Below are positions 34,641 through 43,511 of a stretch of 64,000 nt of DNA, in pieces (the stretch's first letter is position 1; every line of letters starts with the position of its first letter). Origin of the DNA: an uncultured Holophagaceae bacterium (GTDB lineage Bacteria > Acidobacteriota > Holophagae > Holophagales > Holophagaceae); NCBI GenBank assembly GCA_903863195.1, contig CAIPAY010000116.1, positions 8,326 to 72,325 on the forward strand, read 5' to 3'. The notes beneath the pieces are model-generated. The model did not search any database. It saw only the letters and a list, made by a program, of their open reading frames with translations, and was not told the DNA's origin. The position numbers and the translations under genes were made by a program.

Positions 34641-34779
34641 GGTTTTTTGCCCACCCAGGTTGAATTTGAAACCAGGGTAACAGCAGGTTCACGCTGCCTG
34701 TCGGAGGCTTCTGCCGCCTGCGCCTCCCGGGGTCCCGAACCAGCCCCCCCTGCCCCCCTGGCCTTCCGGAGGGTGACCC

Positions 34780-35865
34780 ATGGGTGATATCCACTGGTGG
34801 AGAACCAAGTTCGGGGAAGAGGAGAAGGCCCTCATTGGCGAAGCCATCGACGGGGAGCACATCAGCCAGGGCACGGTGACCCGAGCCTTCGAAAAGGCCC
34901 TGGAGGCCTACCTCGGCGTGGACCATGTGGTGGCCACCACGAGCGGAAGCATGGCCATCCTCATGGCTCTCATGACCCTGGGGGTTGGTCCCGGGGATGA
35001 GGTCATCGTGCCCAACCGCACCTGGATTGCGACGGCTCATGCGCCCCTAGTGCTGGGCGCGAAGGTCCGGCTGGTGGACGTCCAGCGCGAGGTCCCCATC
35101 CTGGATGCGTCCCTGCTGGAAGCCGCCATCACGCCCCGGACCCGGGCCATCCTACCCGTCCACCTGAACGGGCGGTCCGCTGACATGGTCACGGTGAACC
35201 AGGTTGCCGCCAGGCATGGCATTCCCGTTGTCGAGGACGCGGCCCAAGCGCTGGGGTCCCGGAATGCCGCGGGGCTCCTGGGAACCCAGTCCTCCCTTGG
35301 CTGCTTCTCCCTGTCCGTCGCCAAGATCATCGCCACCGGTCAGGGTGGGTTTGTGGTGACTCGCGATACAGGGCTCTATCAGCGCCTGCTGGCGCTCCGC
35401 ACCCACGGGGTCACGGATGTCCTCCACGCCCAGTGGACGAGCCTGGGCTTTAACTTCCGTTTCAATGACATCCTGGCCTCCATCGGCCTGGCCCAGCTCC
35501 CGCGCCTGGAGGCCCGCATCCAGCACGTCCGAGCCATCTACCGGCGCTACGAACCGGCCCTTGAAGCCTTGCCCTTCCTCAGCCTCATCCCGGTGGATCT
35601 GGAGGCCGGCGCAGTCCCGATCTACATCGAAGTGCTCGTGCCCCGACGGGAGGAGTTGATCGCCCACCTGGCGACCCGGGGCATCCAGACCCGGCCCTTC
35701 TATCCCGACCTGGACAAGGCCGCTTATATGGAGAACCCAGGGACCTTTCCCCGTTCCGAGGTCTTCGGTTCTCAGGGCCTATTCCTGCCCTCGGGACCCG
35801 ATCAACCCCTGGAGTCCGTCGATCGGGTTATCGAGGCCCTCCGGGCCTTCGGAGCCCTGTCATGA
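34780..35865 (+). CDS. DegT/DnrJ/EryC1/StrS-family PLP sugar aminotransferase (copy 3)
   Basis: TTSGSMAILMALMTLGVGPGDEVIVPNRTWIATA...; Lys context FSLSVAKIIATGQGG. GGAGGG lies 6 nt upstream of the ATG. Confidence 0.85.
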   Translation: MGDIHWWRTKFGEEEKALIGEAIDGEHISQGTVTRAFEKALEAYLGVDHVVATTSGSMAILMALMTLGVGPGDEVIVPNRTWIATAHAPLVLGAKVRLVDVQREVPILDASLLEAAITPRTRAILPVHLNGRSADMVTVNQVAARHGIPVVEDAAQALGSRNAAGLLGTQSSLGCFSLSVAKIIATGQGGFVVTRDTGLYQRLLALRTHGVTDVLHAQWTSLGFNFRFNDILASIGLAQLPRLEARIQHVRAIYRRYEPALEALPFLSLIPVDLEAGAVPIYIEVLVPRREELIAHLATRGIQTRPFYPDLDKAAYMENPGTFPRSEVFGSQGLFLPSGPDQPLESVDRVIEALRAFGALS

Positions 35866-35931
35866 ATGGCATCCCACAGCTTCCCTCCTGGACGCTCGCC
35901 CGCCCCAGGTCCACCAACCGATGGAATTCCC

Positions 35932-36654
35932 ATGTCTGAGCGCCATGATCTGGTGGCCGTGCTGGGCTTCCATGATGGATCTGCTGGGCAGGTGGAAACC
36001 TGGTTCGAGGAGACGACGGGGCTGCGCATAGCCTGTTTCGTACTCGAGGATCCAGGCCCCTTCCTGGTTGATCCCGCAGAAGAGCCACGGCGGCGGGTCT
36101 CCCAACGCACCACCTTCCCCGCGGAGGGAACGTTCAAAGGTCGGCCTTTCATCGTGTCCCTGGCCTGGGCCGAGGAGCTGAAACGGCGGGGGATCCGGAA
36201 AGTGCTGCCCCTGACTCCCGACAACCAGACCAGGCTACGCCAGGTCGAGATCTGCCGCGAGGAGGGATTTGAGCTGGTCTCGGCCATCCACCCGTCGGTG
36301 GTCAGTCTGGCGGGAGCCACGGTCCAGCCTGGCGTCTGGATCAACGCAGGCTGCCTCATCGGGTATCAGGCCGAGGTAGAGCCCGGGGTCATCCTCAACA
36401 CGCGGGTCCAGATCGACCACCACAACGTGCTGAAACAGGGTGCCCAGGCGGATCCCGGTGTGGTCCTCGCCGGGAATGTCACGCTCTGGGAGGGCTGCCA
36501 CCTTCACACGGGCGTCATCGTGATCAACCGCATCCAGATCGGCCGGGGAGCCATTGTGGGGGCGGGGGCAGTGGTGACCCGAGATGTCCCAGCAGGGTGC
36601 ACCGTCGTGGGGGTACCCGCGAGGGTGATCAAACGAAATGGCATCCGGGTATGA
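35932..36654 (+). CDS. NeuD/PglD-family sugar N-acetyltransferase (left-handed beta-helix), copy 1
   Basis: From ATG 35932: MSERHDLVAVLGFHDGSAGQV... (N-terminal Rossmann-like). Hexapeptide repeats follow (INAGCLIGYQAEVEPGVILNTRVQIDHHNVL...VGAGAVVTRDVPAGCTVVGVPARVI). An alternative ATG lies at 35866. Confidence 0.75.
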   Translation: MSERHDLVAVLGFHDGSAGQVETWFEETTGLRIACFVLEDPGPFLVDPAEEPRRRVSQRTTFPAEGTFKGRPFIVSLAWAEELKRRGIRKVLPLTPDNQTRLRQVEICREEGFELVSAIHPSVVSLAGATVQPGVWINAGCLIGYQAEVEPGVILNTRVQIDHHNVLKQGAQADPGVVLAGNVTLWEGCHLHTGVIVINRIQIGRGAIVGAGAVVTRDVPAGCTVVGVPARVIKRNGIRV

Positions 36655-37741
36655 AACGGCAGAGAATCCGATCCTTCCAACACCAGGGCCTACAATGGGC
36701 TCCATGACCCGACAGGACGGTAAAGACAAGCCCCTCAGCGCGCGCCGGTTGCCCGAGTCAGACCTCCGGGAAGTGGCCGAGGCTCTCGGCCCTAACCTTG
36801 GCGGCCTGGGCGATGCCCGGATCTTGCTCTCCGGGGGCACCGGGTTTCTGGGGCGGTGGCTGCTGGAGAGCTGGATGCTCGCCCGCAAGGAAGAACGGCT
36901 ATTCGGGGAGCTGTTGGTCCTGACCCGGGAGCCCTTGCGCTGGGCGGGCCTGTTGGCCTGTCCCGGCCTCTCCTTTGTTGGGGGCGACCAGACCGACTTC
37001 GTATTTCCCAAGGGTGCCTTCGACCTGGTAATCCATGGGGCCTTCGAGCACGGAGACGCCCGCACGACCTTCTGGAACAACCTGCTGGGCTGCCGACGCA
37101 TGCTGGACTTTGCACGACAGGCGCACGCCTCCCGGTTCCTCCTGCTCAGTTCGGGGGCTGTCTACGGCAACCAGACCATGGACCGGGCCCCCGAGGCTTG
37201 GCCGGGCACCGTGGACCCCCTGGATCCACGCCAAGCCTATGGCTCCGCCAAGCGCGCCTCGGAGGCGATGGGGGCCGCCTTCCAGGCTGATGGCGGACCC
37301 GCCTTCACCTCGGCCCGGGGCTTTGCTTTCCTCGGCCCCGGGCTGCCCCTGGACAAGAACTACGCCATCGGGAACTTCATCCGCGATGCCCTCCAGGGCG
37401 GCCCCCTCCGGATCCAAGGCGACGGCACCCCTCGCCGTTCCTACCTTTATGCCTCCGACGCGGCAGCCTGGTTCTGGGCGCTGCTGGCCCGAGGAGAGGG
37501 CGCTGTGAATGTGGGCTCGCCCGAAGCCTTGAGCATCCTCCAGGTCGCCGAGAAGGTCCGGGACACATTGGCGCCCGGGGCGGCGATCCAGGTGGCGGGC
37601 AACCCTGTGCTAGGGGCCCCCCCCAGCCGCTATGTCCCCGACACGACCCGCGCCGAGGCCCTGGGCCTGCACCCCCTGGTCGGGCTGGAGGAGGGGCTCC
37701 GCCGCACAGCGGCCTGGTACACCACAGAGGAGGGCGCTTGA
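36638..37741 (+). CDS. NAD-dependent NDP-sugar epimerase/dehydratase (extended SDR)
   Basis: ILLSGGTGFLGRWLL, LSSGAVYG and YGSAK (YxxxK). The N-terminal ~40 aa are of uncertain reality, with alternative ATGs at 36695 and 36704. Confidence 0.7.
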   Translation: MASGYETAENPILPTPGPTMGSMTRQDGKDKPLSARRLPESDLREVAEALGPNLGGLGDARILLSGGTGFLGRWLLESWMLARKEERLFGELLVLTREPLRWAGLLACPGLSFVGGDQTDFVFPKGAFDLVIHGAFEHGDARTTFWNNLLGCRRMLDFARQAHASRFLLLSSGAVYGNQTMDRAPEAWPGTVDPLDPRQAYGSAKRASEAMGAAFQADGGPAFTSARGFAFLGPGLPLDKNYAIGNFIRDALQGGPLRIQGDGTPRRSYLYASDAAAWFWALLARGEGAVNVGSPEALSILQVAEKVRDTLAPGAAIQVAGNPVLGAPPSRYVPDTTRAEALGLHPLVGLEEGLRRTAAWYTTEEGA

Positions 37742-39543
37742 GCCTGGTCAAGGTCTCGGACTATGTCACCCGGTTCCTGGTGGCCCACGGCATTAAGGAC
37801 ATCTTCCTGGTCTCCGGCGGCGGCATCATGCACCTCCTCGACTCCGTGGGGCGCCAGGAGGGTCTCCGCTACTGGTGCAACTACCATGAGCAGGCCTGCG
37901 CCATCGCGGCTGAAGCCTATGCCAAGGTCCGGCGGTCTCCCGGGGCCATCCTCATCACCGTGGGTCCCGGTGGCGTGAACGCGCTCTCCGGGGTCGTCGC
38001 CGCCTGGATGGACTCGGTGCCGACCCTGGTCCTTTCTGGACAGGTACGCCGGGACCTCATCACCGACAGCGGCCTGATCCGCCAGAAGGGCCCCCAGGAA
38101 GGGGATGTGGTGGGGCTGGCCAAGCACGTCACCAAGCATGCAGTGACTGTCTTGGACCCCCTGGAGATCCGGCGCGAGTTGGAGCGCGCCTGGCACCTGG
38201 CCACAACCGGACGGCCCGGCCCCGTCTGGATCGACCTACCTCTGGATGTACAGGGGGCCATGGTCGAGGATGAGCAGCTGGCGGGCTTCGAGGTGCCGCC
38301 CGGACCCGCGGGCGAGGCTGAGCGCCTCCTCGACGAGGCCCGGCGAGTGGTAGCGGAGCTCCGCCAAGCCCGCCGCCCCCTGATCGTCGCCGGCAACGGC
38401 CTGCACTGGGCCCATGCGGAGCAGCGGTTCCTCACCCTGCTGGACCGCTTCCCAGTCCCCGTAGTCATGCCCTGCACTGCAAAAGACATCCTCTGGGAGG
38501 ACCACCCCTGTCATCAGGGCATCTTCGGGACTGCCGGACAGAGGCGAGCAAATATTGCCCTGCAGAGCGCCGACCTCCTGCTCTCCCTGGGCTCGGGTCT
38601 CTCCCTCTCCAAGACCGGTTACAACGTGGCGGGTTTCGCAGCCAAGGCACGGAAGGTCTTCATCGACATCGACCCAGGCCAGCTGCACCACCAGATCATC
38701 CGACCAGAAGTGGGCATCCAGGCCGATCTCGGCCCCTTCCTGGAGGCCCTGGACCTGGCCCTGGACGAGGTGATGCCAGACCTGGACGCGGCCTGGCTGG
38801 AGGCCTGCGCCGACTGGCGCAACCGCTACCCTCCTGTCGAGGCCGAGCATCGAGTGCCCGGGTCGGCCGTGAACACCTACGTCTTCGTGGATGAGCTCTC
38901 GGAGCGCCTCGGCCCCGACGAGGTGGTGGTGTCCGGGAACGGCATGGACGTGGTGTCCTACTACCAGGCCTTCCGGGTGAAACAGGGCCAGCGCGGCATC
39001 TTCAGCGGCAACTGGGGAGCCATGGGCTGGGACCTCCCGGAGGCCGTGGGCGCCGCCGTGGCGACCCCGGGGCGGCGCGTGGTCCTGATCGCAGGCGATG
39101 GCAGCTTCCAGCTGAATGTGCAGGAGCTCCTGACCATCGGCCACCATCGGCTGCCCATCTGCATCTTCCTCTTCAACAACGAGGGCTACTCCAGCATCCG
39201 GTCCACCCAGAATGCCTTCTTCGAAGGCCACTTCGTGGGCGCGGAGCGGAACAGCGGGGTGGCGAATCCGGATTTTCACCACCTGGCGCAGGCCTATGGC
39301 CTTGCCTATGCCCGCATCGACACCCCGGAGGAGTTGGGCCTGCGCTTGGATCAGGTGCTGGCCGGTCCCCTGCCGGTGCTCTGCGAGGTGAGGGTCGATC
39401 CGAACCAGGCGATCAGCCCCAAGGCCAGCGCCTTCAAACGGGAGGATGGCACCCTGGAGAGCCGGCCCCTGGAGGACATGGCACCCTTCCTGCCCAGGGA
39501 AGAGGTCTGGGCGAACATGCACCGGTTCGACGGAACCCCTTGA
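37738..39543 (+). CDS. Thiamine-diphosphate-dependent enzyme of the acetolactate-synthase/YerE type
   Basis: IFLVSGGGIMHLLD...YHEQACAIAAEAYAK (N-terminal Pyr domain) and IAGDGSFQLNVQELLT...NNEGYSSI (the GDG-x24-NN TPP motif). The TTG start at 37738 is preceded by GAGGAGG (5-nt spacer) and overlaps the upstream stop (TTGA). Confidence 0.8.
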   Translation: MSLVKVSDYVTRFLVAHGIKDIFLVSGGGIMHLLDSVGRQEGLRYWCNYHEQACAIAAEAYAKVRRSPGAILITVGPGGVNALSGVVAAWMDSVPTLVLSGQVRRDLITDSGLIRQKGPQEGDVVGLAKHVTKHAVTVLDPLEIRRELERAWHLATTGRPGPVWIDLPLDVQGAMVEDEQLAGFEVPPGPAGEAERLLDEARRVVAELRQARRPLIVAGNGLHWAHAEQRFLTLLDRFPVPVVMPCTAKDILWEDHPCHQGIFGTAGQRRANIALQSADLLLSLGSGLSLSKTGYNVAGFAAKARKVFIDIDPGQLHHQIIRPEVGIQADLGPFLEALDLALDEVMPDLDAAWLEACADWRNRYPPVEAEHRVPGSAVNTYVFVDELSERLGPDEVVVSGNGMDVVSYYQAFRVKQGQRGIFSGNWGAMGWDLPEAVGAAVATPGRRVVLIAGDGSFQLNVQELLTIGHHRLPICIFLFNNEGYSSIRSTQNAFFEGHFVGAERNSGVANPDFHHLAQAYGLAYARIDTPEELGLRLDQVLAGPLPVLCEVRVDPNQAISPKASAFKREDGTLESRPLEDMAPFLPREEVWANMHRFDGTP

Positions 39544-39551
39544 GGAGCAGC

Positions 39552-40607
39552 ATGACCAGGGACACGGTGAACATCGGCGGCAGGATGATCGGAGCGGGGC
39601 GGCCCTGCTTCGTCATCGCCGAGGCCGGAGTGAACCATGGTGGTGACCTCGAGCAGGCCCTCCGCCTGGTGGATGCCGCTGCTGACGCTGGCGCCGACGC
39701 CGTGAAGTTCCAGACCTTCCGGGCGAAGGACCTGGTAACCCCCGAGGCACCCAAGGCCAACTACCAGGAGGCCCGCTGCCCCGGTTCCCGCAGCCAGCTG
39801 GACCTGCTGAAGGCGCTTGAGCTGAGCGAAGCCTCCCACCGCGCCCTGATGGCGCACTGCCGAGACCGGGGCATCCTCTTCCTCTCAACGCCCTTCGAGG
39901 CGGGCAGCGCTGACCTGCTGGAATCGCTCGGGCTGCCGGCTTTCAAGATTCCCAGCGGGGAGCTCACCAACCTGCCCTTCCTGGCCCACCTTGCCCGCAA
40001 GGGGCGGCCCGTGATCCTCAGCACTGGCATGGCCCGCCTGGGTGAGATTGAGCAGGCCATGACCGTCTTCGAGGCCGCTGGACTCGAGGAGGTGGTACTC
40101 CTGCACTGTGTCTCTAGCTATCCGACTGCGTCGGCGGACGCCAACCTGCGGGCCATGGCCACCCTGGCCCAGGTCTTCCAGCGACCGGTGGGCTACTCGG
40201 ACCACACGGAGGGGCTTGAGGTCTCTCTGGCCGCCGTGGCGCTGGGAGCCTGCGTGCTTGAGAAGCACCTGACTCTGGACCGCAGCCTGCCCGGACCGGA
40301 CCAGCAGGTCAGCCTGGAGCCCGGCGAGCTGAAGGCCCTGGTACGGGGGGTCCGGATCGTGACCGCGGCCCTGGGTCATGGCAGGAAGGTGCCTGCGCCC
40401 TGTGAGCTGAACACGGCCCAGGTGGCGAGGAAGAGCCTGGTCGCAGCCATGAGCCTCCCCCGGGGGACGGTGCTGCAGGCGCATCACCTGGTCGCGAAGC
40501 GGCCTGGCACGGGGCTGCCCCCACTGCAGCTGGCCGAGGTCCTGGGCCGGACCCTGGGCCGGGACCTCGCCAAGGATGCCCTCCTGGCCTGGGAGGACTT
40601 CGCATGA
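39552..40607 (+). CDS. neuB: Nonulosonic acid synthase (NeuB/LegI/PseI family)
   Basis: CFVIAEAGVNHGGDLEQALRLVDAAADAGADAVKFQTF..., with a C-terminal SAF-like domain. GAGGAG lies 4 nt upstream of ATG 39552; the track start is TTG 39540. Confidence 0.85.
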   Translation: MTRDTVNIGGRMIGAGRPCFVIAEAGVNHGGDLEQALRLVDAAADAGADAVKFQTFRAKDLVTPEAPKANYQEARCPGSRSQLDLLKALELSEASHRALMAHCRDRGILFLSTPFEAGSADLLESLGLPAFKIPSGELTNLPFLAHLARKGRPVILSTGMARLGEIEQAMTVFEAAGLEEVVLLHCVSSYPTASADANLRAMATLAQVFQRPVGYSDHTEGLEVSLAAVALGACVLEKHLTLDRSLPGPDQQVSLEPGELKALVRGVRIVTAALGHGRKVPAPCELNTAQVARKSLVAAMSLPRGTVLQAHHLVAKRPGTGLPPLQLAEVLGRTLGRDLAKDALLAWEDFA

Positions 40608-41773
40608 GAACCCTGGGCGTGGTGACAGGCGGGCGGGCGGACTTCGGGATCTACCGGCCCCTGCTCCAGGCAATCCTCGCCGACCCCTCCCTCCGGCTGC
40701 ATCTCTACGTCACAGGCATGCACCTCTCGCCGGAGTTCGGGTGCACCGTGCGCGACATCGAGGCCGAGGGCTTCCCCATTGGCGACCGGGTGGAGATGCT
40801 CCTGGCCTCGGACAGCCCGGAAGGCATCGCCAAGGCCATCGGCCTGGGCACCCTGGGGTTCGCGCAGGCCTTCGGCCGGACCCTCCCGGATGTCCTGGTC
40901 CTCCTCGGGGACCGCTTCGAGATGCTCGCGGCCGCCAGTGCCGCCCTGCCCTTCAACCTGCCGGTGGCCCACATCCACGGCGGCGAGGTGACCGAAGGCG
41001 CCATCGACGAGTGCATCCGCCATACCCTCACCAAGTTGAGTCACCTGCACTTCGCCAGCACCGAAGGCCACGCCCACCGGATCCGTCAGCTGGGCGAGGA
41101 AGCGAGTCGGGTCCATACCTGCGGGGCCCTCTCCCTCGACAACCTTAAGGACCTGACACTGTTGGACCGCGAAACCTTGGAGCGGCGCTTCGGCCTTGAC
41201 CTCTCCGAAGCGCCGCTGCTGGTCACCTTCCACCCGGTCACCCGCGAATGGACCCAAATGCCGAGGCAGGTGGAGGAGCTGCTGGCGGCCCTGGACGCCT
41301 CGGGGCTTCCCCTGCTCTTCACCCTGCCCAACGCGGATACCCAGGGCCGCCTACTCATCAGCCGCTTCCGGACCTTCTGTGAGGGGCGGCCTCGCACCTG
41401 GATGGTGGATAACCTGGGGAGTCAGGCCTACTTCAGCCTGATGCGGCTCGCTTCCGCGATGGTGGGGAACAGCAGCAGTGGGCTCCTGGAGGCGCCCAGC
41501 TTCGGCCTCCCGGTGGTGAATGTGGGCACCCGCCAGCAGGGGAGGACCCGGGGATCCAATGTCCTGGATACCGGGACGAACCGGCAGGGGATTCTCGCCG
41601 CGATCGCAAGGGCCACCGCACCTGCCTTCCGAGCCTCTCTGCAGAACACGCCCAATCCCTACCAGCCGGTGGGACGCGCGGCGGAGGTGATCGTCCAGGT
41701 GCTCCGCGACACCCCCCTGGACGGCCTGTGCTTCAAGCCCTTCGTTGACCTTGGGCAGGAAGGCTTGCCATGA
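40604..41773 (+). CDS. neuC: Hydrolysing NDP-HexNAc 2-epimerase (NeuC/LegG family)
   Basis: VVTGGRADFGIYRPLL...VAHIHGGEVTEGAIDE...; ATGA overlap with the neuB stop. Confidence 0.85.
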   Translation: MRTLGVVTGGRADFGIYRPLLQAILADPSLRLHLYVTGMHLSPEFGCTVRDIEAEGFPIGDRVEMLLASDSPEGIAKAIGLGTLGFAQAFGRTLPDVLVLLGDRFEMLAAASAALPFNLPVAHIHGGEVTEGAIDECIRHTLTKLSHLHFASTEGHAHRIRQLGEEASRVHTCGALSLDNLKDLTLLDRETLERRFGLDLSEAPLLVTFHPVTREWTQMPRQVEELLAALDASGLPLLFTLPNADTQGRLLISRFRTFCEGRPRTWMVDNLGSQAYFSLMRLASAMVGNSSSGLLEAPSFGLPVVNVGTRQQGRTRGSNVLDTGTNRQGILAAIARATAPAFRASLQNTPNPYQPVGRAAEVIVQVLRDTPLDGLCFKPFVDLGQEGLP

Positions 41774-42414
41774 GCCCGCGCGTGGTCGGTTTCGGCGCAG
41801 GTGGCCACTGCAGGGTCCTCCTGGACATCCTGCTCCTGGACCGGGACCCTGCGGACCTGGTCCTGCTGGATCCTGACCCGAAGGTCCATGGGCAAAACCT
41901 GTATGGGGTACCAATCCTGGGCGGGGATGACTGCCTCCAGGCCGTTAAAGACCTGGGAGCCAACCACTTTTTCATTGGGGCGGGTAGCACGGGGAGCGTG
42001 GCGCTCCGACGGCACCTGTTCCAATTTGGACAGGCCGCTGGCCTCCAACCCCTGGAGGTCGTCCATCCCTCGGCCCTGTTGTCCAGCCGCTCGGAGCGGG
42101 GCCCTGGTCTCACGGCCATGGCCCGGGTTGTGGTCAACGCCGGCGCCTCCCTGGGAGCCAACGTGGTCCTGAATACCGCTGTAATCGTTGAACATGACTG
42201 CCGAATATCCGATCACGCCTTTCTCGCGCCCGGGGCTCTGGTGATGGGTGGGGTCTCGATCGGCCAGGGGGCCTTCCTGGGGGCCGGATGCGTGATCCGG
42301 CAAGGCCTTCGGATTGGCGAGGGGGCTCTGGTGGCCGCGGGGGCCGTTGTGGTCCGGGATGTGCTTGCAGGAGATCAGGTGGGAGGCATCCCTGCCCACC
42401 CCCTCTCCCGCTAG
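41770..42414 (+). CDS. NeuD/PglD/LegH-family sugar N-acetyltransferase, copy 2
   Basis: VVGFGAGGHCRVLLDIL... followed by hexapeptide repeats (VVNAGASLGANVVLNTAVIVEHDCRISDHAFLAPGALVMGGVSIGQGAFLGAG). ATGA overlap with neuC. Confidence 0.8.
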   Translation: MSPRVVGFGAGGHCRVLLDILLLDRDPADLVLLDPDPKVHGQNLYGVPILGGDDCLQAVKDLGANHFFIGAGSTGSVALRRHLFQFGQAAGLQPLEVVHPSALLSSRSERGPGLTAMARVVVNAGASLGANVVLNTAVIVEHDCRISDHAFLAPGALVMGGVSIGQGAFLGAGCVIRQGLRIGEGALVAAGAVVVRDVLAGDQVGGIPAHPLSR

Positions 42415-42422
42415 GACCCTTT

Positions 42423-43511
42423 GTGAACCAGCGCTTCCTCGAGTCATTGCATATTGGACTGGAGGCCCCCCTGCGGGACCTGGTCCGCTGCATCGACCGC
42501 AGCGGGCGCATGAGCATTGCCCTGCTCACGGACGAGCAGGGGAAGCTGATCAACGTCATCACGGACGGAGACGTGCGGCGGGGGCTCCTGGCAGGACTGA
42601 CCCTCGCCGCCTCCGCCCGGGAGCTCTTGCCCATCAAGCTCGGCGTCCCCAACTCGGTGGCGGTCACGGCCCCGATCGGCACCACGCCCATGGCCTTGAT
42701 GTCGCTGATGCAAGAGCGTCACGTCCGCCAGATCCCGCTTCTCGATGAGCTGGGCCGGGTGGCCGACATCGTCACGCTGGCCGAGCTCCTGCCCGAGTCC
42801 CCTCAGGCCCTCAGCGCCGTGATCATGGCCGGCGGCTTCGGCACGCGGCTACGTCCGATGACCGATCACATGCCCAAGCCCATGCTTCCCGTCGGCGGTC
42901 GCCCGGTCATGGAGTGGATCGTGGACCAGCTCCGGGCGGCGGGCATCCATCAGGTCAAGGTCTCCACCCACTACAAGCCAGAGAAGATCATGGATCACTT
43001 CGGCGACGGCAGCGCCTTCGGCGTGGAGATGGAATACGTGAACGAGGACCGCCCCCTGGGCACCGGAGGGGCGCTGGGTCTCATGGATCAGCCGGATGCC
43101 CCCTTCCTGGTGATCAACGGGGATGTCCTGACCCAGATCGATTTCCAGAAAATGCTGGACTTCCACCAGGAGCATCAGGCCGAGATGACGGTGGCCGTGA
43201 ATATGCATCAGCTGGAGATTCCGTTCGGCGTGGTGGAGTGCTCAGGACCCCGCATCCAGACCCTGCGGGAGAAGCCCTGCCTGCCGGTGTTGATCAATGC
43301 GGGCATCTACCTGCTCCAGCCCAGCGTCCACAAGCTGCTCCCCCAGAAGGGGGAGCGCTTCAACATGACGGACCTGATCCAGTGGCTCCTGGATGCCGGA
43401 CGCACCGTCGTGGGCTTCCCCATTCGCGAGTATTGGACGGACATCGGCCAGCACGCCTCCTACAATCAGGCGCAGAAGGACCACGCCCAAGGGGCCCCCC
43501 ATGCTGATTGA
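42423..43511 (+). CDS. CBS-domain-containing sugar-1-phosphate nucleotidyltransferase (PtmE/LgaF type)
   Basis: From GTG 42423 the N-terminus has CBS-pair-like segments (LINVITDGDVRRGLL; LGRVADIVTLAELL). Then AVIMAGGFGTRLRPMTDHMPKPMLPVGGRPVMEWIV...LGTGGAL. The track ORF (42288) overlaps the previous gene. Confidence 0.8.
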   Translation: MNQRFLESLHIGLEAPLRDLVRCIDRSGRMSIALLTDEQGKLINVITDGDVRRGLLAGLTLAASARELLPIKLGVPNSVAVTAPIGTTPMALMSLMQERHVRQIPLLDELGRVADIVTLAELLPESPQALSAVIMAGGFGTRLRPMTDHMPKPMLPVGGRPVMEWIVDQLRAAGIHQVKVSTHYKPEKIMDHFGDGSAFGVEMEYVNEDRPLGTGGALGLMDQPDAPFLVINGDVLTQIDFQKMLDFHQEHQAEMTVAVNMHQLEIPFGVVECSGPRIQTLREKPCLPVLINAGIYLLQPSVHKLLPQKGERFNMTDLIQWLLDAGRTVVGFPIREYWTDIGQHASYNQAQKDHAQGAPHAD

